Shown: in pieces, positions 23,701 through 29,300 of the stretch
How the letters are laid out: every line of letters starts with the position of its first letter
Numbering within the stretch: position 1 is the first letter of the stretch
Assembly: GCA_000002435.2 (NCBI GenBank)
Contig: CM018790.1
Direction: 5' to 3' (one strand)
Source of the DNA: Giardia intestinalis
Taxonomy: Eukaryota
Length of the DNA: 64,000 bases
The notes under the pieces: generated by a model
Databases searched by the model: none
What the model saw: the letters and a program-made list of their open reading frames with translations, nothing else
What the model was told of the DNA's origin: nothing
Program-made: the position numbers and the translations under genes

Positions 23701-25955
23701 ATGTCTGTCTTACTCTGGTTGATATCTGCTACAAAATCCAGTTCAATTTGCAGTACGTTGGCAAGGGTGTCCTGCTCCTCATCAACTGGAAATAATCCTA
23801 GTGTTTCAAGGCGCTCCAGAAGTGAACTCTTGACGAGCCCATCGGGATGAGCCAAAGGTCGTTGATCGGAAACTGCTCTGCCGCTCATGACGTCCATGTA
23901 TTCGAGCATGTCTGTCTGCCACTTCAATGCTGCATCTGCGTATTCATCTGCGCAAATATTGGCTAGGATGCGCACAAAGAGCATATAGACCTTTATGATA
24001 TCCTCCGGGCATCTCAATGTGGACTGCTGTGCTTCGTTTGCTCGCATCGTTCGAACGTACTCCTCACACATGATGCAGGCAACAGAGGACAAGAGCCGCT
24101 CTACAAGGAACTTATTCAGATGTGTGTAGAACTGAGCCTTCCTGAGCTTCACTCCTCTCTTTTGTCTATTTCTAGACGATACCACTGCCTTTTTTAATCG
24201 CACAATCAGTTCTGTTTTGTAAGTGGGTAGCTGCTCTTCCTTAATCAATGAGGCAATAGCACTTGCAATCCTGGAATTAGACGATAAATCTTTAGTAGTA
24301 CATATTAGATTGTAAAGGTTAGACCCTAGAACAAAGTGTATAAAGTCCACATAGGTGGATGGTACCAAGCAGTCTGAGAATAGAACCACTAGATCCACTA
24401 CTTCTTCCCGAAGACTATCTAGGAAAGGAACGATATTATAAAACGGATGTGTCTGTAGCGAGTTAGTCTCAAGGAACTGGAATATACAAATGAGGGCATC
24501 GATCAGGGTGTGAAGGTCGGTGTCTCCGATGGATCCCAAAGACAATACAAATAGATGTATCTTTGGAAGAAGAACTGCAAGGTATTTGTTTAGAATTCTC
24601 TGGAATTGCTTTTCAAACTTGGTGGACGAAGTTAGGGCAGCGTAACAAGTTCTGAATCGTTCTCTACTATTAGATTTGTTGATTGCACGGTCATAATCAT
24701 CTTCAAGATGCTTCAGGAGTGCATCGCAATTACAGGATACTCGTTGATAGAGGTCTCCGATGTCCACAAGATTATCTTGAGCGCAGGTTGCAAACAGGCT
24801 AAGACCTGATTGTAATAAGAGCGTATCACAGACAAATGCATTCTTCGTTGTTGACATGTCCAAAGCGTTTTTCACTGCCGTCAACGAAAGAAGGTATTCC
24901 TCTGAAAGGTTCTTCAAGAGACGTTTCTTCAGTCCCACCAGATCAGAGCCATCAGGGAATCTCAGTCGCCTGAGCTCACGGTCTACGAGGTCACTTAAGC
25001 ATGTATAAGCTTTGTGGTGGAAAAGAGGATTGTACCGTGAAAAGTAAAGATCACCTATGCAAATAACCAGTGGCTTCCTTGCATGATTCTTAGCACCGCC
25101 ACTAAGGGAAGCCGATACTTCTGAAACCACATCGCTGTACTCTGTGTCAAGTATTCCCGAAGCTTCTGTGGGCTCATCGTCTGCGACATCGTATCCTGGC
25201 TGCCTTATGCCCATGTGTGACAGCTCAGTCGGTGTCAAGGCGCCCAGAAACGCCTGATTGCATCGCGGTGGAACAACCAGCTTCTGGACCAGATTCGTTT
25301 CTGCGGTCTGAAGAGTCTGGCATATGGTCTTCGCAGCAGACTCTGTTTCCTCTACAATTCTGACTGCCATGCCACTATCAGCAGCCACGGAGGATTGCAG
25401 CAAGTCACGAGGGAGCTTGGTCTCCTTCAAATAGGCAGAGTAGGCCAGCGTCCCAAGTGTCCCGACGAGGCCACCCTGTCGAAAGTGAGGCACAAGCATC
25501 AACGCGCTCGTCGGAACAGTCACAAAGAGCTCCAGCAACTCTGCATTATACGCCGACGGGACTCGAACGACGGCTTGCCTCGTTCGTGGGCTGATGGAAA
25601 GGAGATAAGCAGGCAGAATACCATGCGCGCTGTAACGATAGAGAACCGGCAGGCCACCACAGAGCCTGTCCATGTCTGCCACGAATATGGAGCACACGTG
25701 CGGAGAGGGGGCCACAGCATTGCTCTTGTCCCATTGTGTGCATGAACTATTCAATGGAATCGCTGACGAGCTCGATCTGTGCTCTCCGACTGGGCGGGCC
25801 TGCGGTGGCAACTCGACGTTAACACCTGACCCACCTGCGCTAGAAGCTGTCTTGCTCGGCGCTTTATGCAGTTCTTTATGTTCTGGCTTAATATGTTCAC
25901 TCTTCTTAAGGGATTCGCCACCCAGCATCGCTGGTACACGAAGTGGCTGGGTCAT
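5736..25955 (-). CDS. Giant uninterrupted ORF of 6,739 aa (20.2 kb). Function unknown. It carries a single Walker-A P-loop, LLGPRYSGKTTL, at about aa 3815 (nt ~14468-14500), with a possible Walker-B a short distance downstream.
   Basis: One continuous frame with ATG at 25953-25955 and an AT-rich initiator upstream (gttaaaatagaATG). No other recognisable motifs by eye: no repeated dynein/midasin P-loops, no FATC tail, no RING or UBR. Confidence 0.6.
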   Translation of the reverse strand: MTQPLRVPAMLGGESLKKSEHIKPEHKELHKAPSKTASSAGGSGVNVELPPQARPVGEHRSSSSAIPLNSSCTQWDKSNAVAPSPHVCSIFVADMDRLCGGLPVLYRYSAHGILPAYLLSISPRTRQAVVRVPSAYNAELLELFVTVPTSALMLVPHFRQGGLVGTLGTLAYSAYLKETKLPRDLLQSSVAADSGMAVRIVEETESAAKTICQTLQTAETNLVQKLVVPPRCNQAFLGALTPTELSHMGIRQPGYDVADDEPTEASGILDTEYSDVVSEVSASLSGGAKNHARKPLVICIGDLYFSRYNPLFHHKAYTCLSDLVDRELRRLRFPDGSDLVGLKKRLLKNLSEEYLLSLTAVKNALDMSTTKNAFVCDTLLLQSGLSLFATCAQDNLVDIGDLYQRVSCNCDALLKHLEDDYDRAINKSNSRERFRTCYAALTSSTKFEKQFQRILNKYLAVLLPKIHLFVLSLGSIGDTDLHTLIDALICIFQFLETNSLQTHPFYNIVPFLDSLREEVVDLVVLFSDCLVPSTYVDFIHFVLGSNLYNLICTTKDLSSNSRIASAIASLIKEEQLPTYKTELIVRLKKAVVSSRNRQKRGVKLRKAQFYTHLNKFLVERLLSSVACIMCEEYVRTMRANEAQQSTLRCPEDIIKVYMLFVRILANICADEYADAALKWQTDMLEYMDVMSGRAVSDQRPLAHPDGLVKSSLLERLETLGLFPVDEEQDTLANVLQIELDFVADINQSKTDITGLYTNPPPEAIIDSLRELFFCALDSSNYLYIIIKEFFKTYVARGIIPRDDLVFLSADVGSTKVLEEYRALEAQILAPLRSAPLDKIISSTLTKVQQEAQAKKTPFISAPGWKGAHGANMVSVSQQRPRSTNDVDLAKEIFSAYSGLISETDMLEYTRLSKTDSQLIAGLLARRKALLAEWVETIFQYQLDHENQSYQKVALTNDDIYGCKPFLDMCSECDHKISVSPASEPTKGLFGDLFDSLIGVIRLACDILIDEVGLKELRKLADKTVLQQTCPILEAPQPISLPPQIIFNLDIGGYNLLFLSRDDVAAIDVSKTQGVSLKTEIQDSSEDALVVYSVEGVESTTDPSADSLQPRLLTFNDVEILLHQKPSVLMKLVHNATILTSKIDNFLLNHIISLPSLIGNKVIRFNNLQFKAAVIKAMCTLRRTVADHTHLIVRTVTSHLFRIVVLTESIMGKEPKSPDDLALMINGLECYDNFVKSWIPTGLVLVDLLMEMRLLESGYLDFLSVQVAKPAPDASCVWGSFSALYSSESSAPVQNNTLEDGSGTDVQSIRADCNPHTEQVCTNTPDNVPNDVLPPLSADLLSCFAAVDPSAPASDATNDSEFAVTLDYFNNAPHRSFNVHALLVKIFKITGLQKIARHIIKSHTRTFARHLLKLSDWVSDTTVLLHEYCKEVLRMSYRDIFIARFYPRQFKQSFFFLTKDLNISFLDDNFEVLEDELVMEFLESIQAYVKGFQLLRSPVERSRLRMTQPLTRATIRTAAIQDSLHSGPHSRRFMAQYFRPAEAMLIRNVTSSDESTLDINDAELFKLTFNQEGGPSSSSANELAQALTESTCDTRPLSASSAPLKIADLRTACDTEENATSLAECPNLFYNVFEIFNELLYISDVLHQIHQVALRWADCLGVTLNLADNPNEIVSIIHPASVLITSLYSIKQRYLHLQTILLKDTNVQDFMTLLSEAAQAIVIGKQNPSFRLWADTIQAAEADLLTLGPKVFYLHCLSSPTLMAADFKQLAEELSLPLTEDKLIPNAQLLDISDFDYALRLARMIFTRAEKSTQTLLQLAEIDTFLQNLQIFPCELVIHINLSNELGVLFNKWQNSDSMATLEEDQQNQDLDEPQTAPIQLSAVPPRGTSRRGSKLSLALSAQPNNEPDDKNKQNASSSSSNAPKGPKARAFSRLSSLKLNVDELSTAEETPETSGIIISHWSSGSKENLLASTSGAPTSTAGSMTPNSMLSHASKTVLPFIQVHSGLLKVIREALFFVADILSRKHPHTVQARARQLEVQLLLLRSALISISRVSMLLPELLYILPRLTIVRNGVQDMSFLSLYNDFGDYKRTIFNTLNVLREANKLSSVNPGPGSFLALITGKPQLFTQLAHCTHDLSSILENVYTHVLSIPMIPHYNGKPVACALLLPKIPSIFYSIFSLQENLNTLYYCPAVYQSVLPNFDRVLLGNPRNMSYCEVGFNKKSSMHALPHLSPSDIIIVGLESGFERLYFEYGLRAPQELFLLSGMLNDMRLHREGLLREHKRAVLLLISLRISELLCQCLYQSIIYALTVVFCLHLDGNVDHFFTLKFTIFEQLKRHLVSPELHDSLEQKVDYTLLSSDYKIPETYINTIRRELFGLTGPMSNDDELLAKSVEKVAKIQYYKQRRCQRYLCFKAIAARVFEYDQLLNLIIHQTIEYYNDHYADAEIAALKGSRKKAKSIRIEAISQPDFAKALSMETISKLREIFVQIHHSKIHRSILTSAGCSLNVETNKILSSLAYGFISSSVLRDDTTDAFIKPSQMSSAPPTRVMMTAEDATLRCATRGFGKAAVNIVNSAASASRARDSEEKVSVDSHRTTGSITFTQDCKLFVGSSMVNLGPHYLGKATILDSLPLNYKQLAVVAKIIVGFVQRKPIFIYSDKLRGYNLLDTKIIAQYTSRLLCTRHIFLSLTSYSPANLIILQIISYFMAGYGVYLHGLEFLSTEHHARLIDCFNTIYLARGSFPIVKYQSGGSVPGELALNDFSTCMFTGYIVIILPELIYHEDGSISLSTTGRNMNSLFNQAKIEAFLDSFGSSLATSATKLNTLLTGALCNLSVSLPTGSRQPPGTRLTNERGDLPEGKPRCKIMAQLYGAILTDFLGIVHFDPTLVRTTFKCLPNAEVLMPIPSNHVLYHLFKKKGEAHAESFYEISLLLNAMQSACPKLYPDDIDIIYKRARDTTNTFSVAITTALLLIGQVYSLSIRDFLIKVVAFAFRLTSAQVSHIHKIVASLNKLLNLSTEEPVLKKALARDIPASRSHVYDTSADHSTAQKQDKQHDSEQEDNQLTNVQAEADTFKINYTRSPTASLSQNIWACIKQTLSSQYVQFCEAASEQVNIIGPLGTDLLLVCLEFLQLGPCALFSNNQSVQVLECYATILSKFGRLQPFFVHSINDLHHHSDTIRRLGSSALVVLLINDTTGNLGPSLYGALLAFMNPVPHLSMTNGVELDCELSAMFNASHTGDSLVSKYGRPKVLVITTGSFLEDKMLATPMGLIPHRIVIDSSVMRTEALIKLLVLNSFKLSSATANHMLDYIHEKMTQCTIDNIENLDTAKEYFRKMCTPPCTDEASALQMGLRRLRFISSLFYILVLHYFDQATAVFSMAPDLRGWRILRSTFYYYLVCCKVCVFKPPDVRSFTAEQLAERLVATNQQLTRKPQHQSSITTQSKPPALQSPSSKGLGGISSRRGDAGTVASCNTNRTARLTNLINPSLSSLSTRHDLTIIPRTPSMKSPTTQTDPSKTPKGTNMDLMNSLKPEAELQFSAHTTINLSHVWCAEHIGSFSSALAMFGERRFTFFDISLSDEFLIEYVYRAESYEQACFNLLCPVFAAVWTSVSLAYVQYIRGKVHRLSKLWMKYLSFHSKHTIPLLLSRFSNDKLLQKSLEVCLTHIEETLPPEYPYEQHKYAYLAVVTEKGSYMQYTSANRAHGNMPNKRSTNPILKSAKHKRDGNASAGAVVPPLTTGPLAKQSSRTSSAIKEQTNHYTYLKFLPYKFGQSLMTSSQTDNYLKPTSVHKLALHFDMLRSQLIFFIAICILGGVSVHLLGPRYSGKTTLIQAAHALIHEYSVMQLYLPSSCEENKIFLADAARELYLTNGNELRFPGRQILHMHFTVLFLDNGKFEQAQESVLDELTKHAGLDIVALFLGERVLSLNSPGNISISPEGDSHQSLLGTVDAPTLSITFESEFYPPQLQCSQLINIVVPDTGRAFLIDLLLNQRRYLDISSILTRVYPGLNCQEEASANETTKIAPGFNLTTDQAITSLNELSATWIKQLIDGLLLVKDQIPVSLLRLLAEMKRLSIFSTDQVQDIQMRLFTASSVFLALRFISEITAPTIINIIDALRGSLAMGKLSPIGPWGILTSSDTAAFAKANKLLELCGVTKLQMELSWETETLRIARENSQILEDSEASDSDTVIDGTCDTSEASNDQSLSEVAGSYSSFKPHLRQPPAILRVDGPKPEKQSQKTATDPSLTKFEESCVVPSLCVQMRGYIEMRKKLKILLGLKAFRGVKISSQTSLGLRQSSSEVFKAYIHAFTKYVVTRCSPGLANRIFTVHLTIQYDLELREKSVLMMLQSLRNPHGFRKQHGDSALEYFSRLQLDIITTILRKQDISSSLLDIVLMLASFGGYKLYGGRALIKLLLRVPSSGMEYTLGPATLDTQVYKESTASTGAKEVNDDSTRAAIAAALGSVKKDAASKDRTQSSSSTLITKTKLAQHLDIKVRDSLEIERQLEKYSAFDIDDTTQTQSADESLDRKTYKIILSVDVFLTQQNLDLSDDVVQAAKNSSSGLSISTEKLTPSQVPSSIFDEFIKSLISNVGRRGESQMVYYLLRGVFLLALQINPILALKSITFMEALQFCKVNNGVNPDIISSNILDAHLREFFAIYNISSLEHVWIEPTYSFFVVSSLAHLQHVDSLKVIHGLSSLGHAGNISLRLFTPAELVTLCLLASERHKLGVVIDTSTLISIASRNLAILLIADMPTPIGMKLPESPVLRHFATDISAISMQSGTEDTAAAHGSSSMSRAVSFSIANTSLVRKSVLSSIPLLLLSENQRYFSLNRNYFTLAAGYKQDIAGLDAQGKRYRGVRYIHILATTEAVAAATLHVYLFVTANLLPDSIFLTFERFAELSKLLYEQRVRYYTAFLHSCDILLQTIKLLNTGIYCQMFSPTIRENIIAYKDNLTLLKNYLYPYYKRALVLLRNAPCDCPAAVARVYAGSLRKDAIASDEAFETALSQHLKTTGFDRLSIIHNAGTGGFADTLFGSSKAGLDVITDTYLRDIIDTITCMFDDCDVPFAEAHQSSEVFKANAPPPGKNYSEILMARNSTLPFNLTAFPSAFLGICLDSFYPQWDVGAACYLTRFIFFANATVLQEILSLILAISLGTRLCFIEKALALPLAIASELHFITTTPQEYEERKEELAACRGNDGRYTLESLVGIIYWINAAQNVATFNLELAKAFSQDKAIGFTNVLFENITQINVHQTNAHESEISVLNMRTLMALFKLVGSRVSDKKSPIKLNGISITPVRPLHEYRYYIGLSQGTKFSSIVASGIMSFEVINSSILIQPKYSNINLYLKYLELQTPSALELQVVQTYSFTEAHLQNVLLYLTTPLEKTRPMMGHRLLFSTADLMRLLKRSSEINSKFVIEKHGTHLKKAIMNPGTFVHLLDENEDDVSSGQRLGKQRRNCLNHDTCDEMTFLLTTPVSYFDLELAMRLCERSIALANFRLQLEHEATELASKAEFAKHCARGMVSILIICQKLSCVMPTLARIFTDHFFAHFFLYLDEQLETPQWKGVPLSHVISHILLPYINARVYRMVPKAWGMPVCDLMSLIFSCALSECSIDNLFLLRFILSSDLREKAIRVSPFYNIHDERCQRARDLMDTAPFSFQASIATNYTWRNISLLYPHSERVLSWLDYFTSNNFMFVSLVTSLDPYKMILGHYIFKESQKAHASTTDKTGNVSEQSYITPLFTEECENIYHSNAELPLPTDLQVPCYNNVLQSLVFSLSITQLHLSQNFKLFGTANRLCSFRNEIQHRDTILKEAHEAYCKNQNLIPELTYPAVIGIVWYIIMVCGYIPDIATIGKSSHTYDPAHCIKPMLTTDTRYERKMSSRSYADGIGSCTLVIFYEEGMSILDLVIDRLERSLFDELKLAPCVITSRPTEDDFRTKTVIVDASIDTKETIDRLITMYNKGWRAASLLIVLIPVHVGQFYAEEAISRKEQRSRLLENEADTHHMAASNPQVQYNSLSYSLGVFMSISNGSRYYIEGPKTLSDAVVYLVTISLCVFKKHDLDLSSLNSKSFALYCSLLLQNALLKSDRGRMYSDSRFLTSLLHLIGMKKAEGMLSLSSQLISEYILAARSQDEASISAKKAGNVSPALDIHQSDREAHLSIYCNFFGPHPAISGPTVAFLSTYYSHNVPKMLFGMPCKWLADASSVHLILDGKFDQASLALTIARARLGRASVEADTSEIEDILLDIRNAQCDESSEALSSLSMSSVGSTSSALSTQNTHTSEGTSVLTRQALNDDATLLENRLEVTATELTKIVPRTRQIEKVSCDSKTASFLRLPNEEGALAIERILKTIKRYEHNIILKDSSQKERSPAEAERLTQLTASDLSSLEALKYQVFNMVPITYDNSLCNRMYREIFTIGLSQEVMTYLDGHPVYKNMFADTTIQQEEADLLKSIRTILYLSDGYCQTRRTTLPYFRTSLTERAPVFKIYSDMYWELRVDIYQSVLGNILKWAMLLHQSTGKGRDRERKTFVLLASRPTAIQQYKIDCQNNLVFSINVAKKKKLDKKAREKPSTDLFMIKLTGFRLFNIAYDPIEDTVADATPESVLGYTQSYTFYAVLVDTDYCEHNNSCLNRSDLKTALDMYKSGLVGTTTEMGDANKTGDALDAEDGIDDLIGIDGASYCSAEENEHATCFVSIPVIIEGTISGMQLFLRNKTGLQPLDVSIKGAYCSTGYLY
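14466..14500 (-). other. P-loop (Walker A) coding segment within the giant ORF.
   Basis: The reverse complement reads ctg ctc ggt cct cgt tat tct gga aag aca acg ctg, giving LLGPRYSGKTTL. Confidence 0.7.
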
Positions 25956-26381
25956 TCTATTTTAACTCTGCCTTGAGGATGCCCAGGTATCAGAAAGACC
26001 GCCTTCAGAACGCAGCCACAAGGCAGCAGGGCCTCCATGGCGGCATTCCTGGGCTCTCTGGCTGTCTGTCCAAATCCATCCTTTTTGAAATCGGTTGATC
26101 GGGCACCCCACATGAATCTCAGAGACCTGCCACCTCAGCATAACGAAGGACAGAGGGGTCTTGGAAGTCTCATGCATTCAGCGCAGTAACAGAGTTGCGA
26201 AAACAGAACTTCATTCTCAGCACAATGCCACGGGCAGCACTTACATGCTCTGCGCACCGTGGCGTTCCAAAGCACTCAATGGGTTCTGTAACTATTAAAC
26301 TAATCCTTTTATGCACCTTATGATATTCGTAAGTATCTTTAGTATTTTTGAAAAATCAATTCGGCAGGAAATCAATTCCAG

Positions 26382-29300
26382 ATGTCCGCTTCCGAGACAC
26401 TTTCGTCAGGTGCCGTGCAGGACGGGCAGAAGCAGGCAGCAGGGCACGTCAGGAAGGGGTGTTGCACTAAGAATTACCCTCCTCCACCATCAGACTTTGA
26501 CAAGGCCAACTTCAGCACCAAGCGTCCGCTGCAGAGCCTGTACTGCAGCTGCCTGAACCCCTTTTTCACGTTCATGTCCCCGATAATCAAGAGGTCCGGC
26601 CGCCAGGGAACCCTCTACCTGTCCGACCTCCACCCTCCGGTTGACCGGCACTGCCCTCAGATCGCTGCGACAGACTTTGTACGGGAGTGGAATAAAAAGG
26701 TATACAAGGGGAAGCAGCCCAGCATCATACTGTCGGTCATCAGGGCCTCCATGGGCAGGTTTATTACTGCCTGCATCATGATCCTGTTCTTCGTCGCTGC
26801 ACAGATGGTCGCCCCGTTCACAATCCAACGGATTAGCAATCACCTCATTACAACTGTTCCTGGCAGCATCGGTCAGCAGAAAAATACCTGGGACGCCATT
26901 GTCGCCGTTTTGCAGATTACATACCCATACATTCTAGCCGTGTTCTTTGGGCAGCTCATTTACGCTCTTTCCGACTCGATCCTGTGGTATTTGCTATCAG
27001 ACATGGTGTCGCGCTTCCTGGGCGGGACCCTGGACATCCTGTACAACAAGATGCTGTCTCTTTCGGACATCACCCGCCAAAATTCTGCCGCCGGCAACCT
27101 GGTCAACCTCCTCTTCGCAGACACGATGAGGATCTCGAACTTTATGCTTTTGCTCATCTTCGTGATGACGATGCCGCTGATGTTTGTCTGCTACCTGGTC
27201 TACATGGCCATCGAGATCGACCCCAAAGGGATTGGAGGCCTGATTGCTCTCTTCATCATCCTGCCGATTGTTGGACTGATCCTGTTTGCCTTTACCCGGC
27301 TCCTCTTTTCCTTGCTCAGCATGACAGACCTGCGTGTCAAGAAGATCTCTGAGGTCCTCAACGGAATGAAGGTCGTCAAGCTCTTCGGAATGGAGGATGT
27401 CCAAGAGGCGCGAGTGATGAACATCCGCAACAAGGAGATAGGGATGATTTTCCGCTTTGGCATCATTCTCTCCGGCTTTGGTCTTGTCGTCAACGGCGCT
27501 GCACCGTTGATGTCCCTCTTTGGGTTCCTCTTCTTCATGACCAGCTCAAGCTTTGACGTTGCCAACGCATACACCGCGGTGTTCGTATACAACATGCTGG
27601 GCCTGGTGTTTGTCTTCATGCCACTGATGATGTCCGGGATTTCCGAGTCGAAGATAAGCTCCAAGCGCATCCTGACCTTTATAACGCTTCCGCAGCCGGA
27701 CTACGGGGTCGTCACCCGCGAGAGGTCCTATACCCTTACCAAGGGCGAGACGGTGCCCTACGCAATCAAAACGTCCAACCAGCCCAGCTTCTGCTGGGGC
27801 CTGAGGGAGGACTCCATTATACCGCCGCTCCTGGACCCGATGTTCAAGGACAACATGAAGAAGCAGAGGCAGGTCTTGCAGCTCTATCCCCGATTTAAGA
27901 AGCACTACGAGAAAAAGGTCAAGGAGTACAAGGCGTGGAAGACAAAGAACCCCTCCGTATCCGTGGACGCCACCGAGGAAGACATCCTGCTGAATCGATT
28001 CGACTCTATCGATGTTACCGACAAGGAGGCCGATGCGATGCGCTACATCGACTCGTGGGTCATTGAGTTCGGCCTCCTACCGCCCGACAAGGTGACGTCG
28101 TTCGGCGCCTACATTCCCCAGGCCTACCAGGCGTCCCCGGACGATAACCCCTACCAGGTGCTGAAGAAGACGTTCCTGCACCGGATTGTGGTACGGGGTC
28201 TCTACGACCTGGCCGCCGAGCAGAACCAAGTGTCGCGCGACCTCAAGAAGTACAGGAAAGACCCTGCCAGGTGCAAGCAGATCATTGACGCGCAGCTCGA
28301 CAAGAACCCCAACCACGTTGATCTGCCTCCACGCATCAAGAACCTCGACCTCAGCATACCGAAGGGCTACCTCGTGGGGATCTGCGGGCCTGTTGGCGCC
28401 GGCAAGACCACGCTGTTCTCTGCTCTGCTGGGCGAGCTGCGCCTGGTGAGAGAGCAGCGTGCAAAGCTGGACTCCTACAAGTTTAACAACCTGGAGATCA
28501 AGTTCGACTACCAGACCGGCTTAACGCCTCCTACCTCGTTCGTCGAGAAGTACTCGACGGAGGACCCCAGGTTCGACCCACAGATCCCCCACGTCCACAT
28601 CTACGGGTCCGTCGCGTACTTTGCCCAGTCGTCCTGCATCTTCTCTGGCACCCTGCGTGACAACATCGTCTTCTACCGGCCCTTCGACCGTGCTCGCTAC
28701 GAAAAGGTGCTCGACATCTGCTGCCTGATACCCGACCTCAAGCTCTTCAAGGCGGGCGACCTGACAGAGATCGGTGAAAAGGGCGTCTCTCTGTCGGGCG
28801 GGCAGAAGGCGCGCGTCGCTCTGGCCCGGGCCGTGTACTCGGGCTGTGACATCCTGCTCCTTGACGACCCCCTCTCCGCCGTCGACTCGCACGTCGGGCA
28901 GAGGCTGTGGAACGAGGTCATTTGTGGATTCCTGAAGGAGCAGGGGACCACCGTCTTGATAGCGTCCCACCAGACGCAGTACTTCGGAAACTGCGACCTT
29001 GTCATCAGGATCGAGGACGGGGAGATCGTCCACAGCGACACGCCGGACAACCTGATGAACAAGGGCATCGACTTCGGATTTTCCCGCACCACGTCCGTGG
29101 CCAGCGGGCTAAACAATGCCGGACGCATCGAGAGCGTGGCGAGCCAGCTCGTTATTCCAACCCAGACCGACGAGGAGAAGAGGCGCGACCTGGCGCTGGT
29201 GACCGATGACGGCAACGAGGCCAAGGGGAAGCTCATGCTTGCAGAGGCCTTTGCTCAGCAGGGGTCCGTCTCAGGGACGTTCTACAAGCGCTGGTTCAGG

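Noticed and set aside
5736-25955. Giant ORF considered as a prokaryotic NRPS/PKS megasynthase or a dynein/midasin
   Set aside because: There are no adenylation, condensation or KS motifs and no repeated AAA P-loops (only one GKT). The surrounding genes are unmistakably eukaryotic (VSP, IFT46, ABCE1, MCM).
25962-26177. 71-aa ORF in the long intergenic region
   Set aside because: No motif, no initiator context, and it is GC-biased. Probably non-coding.
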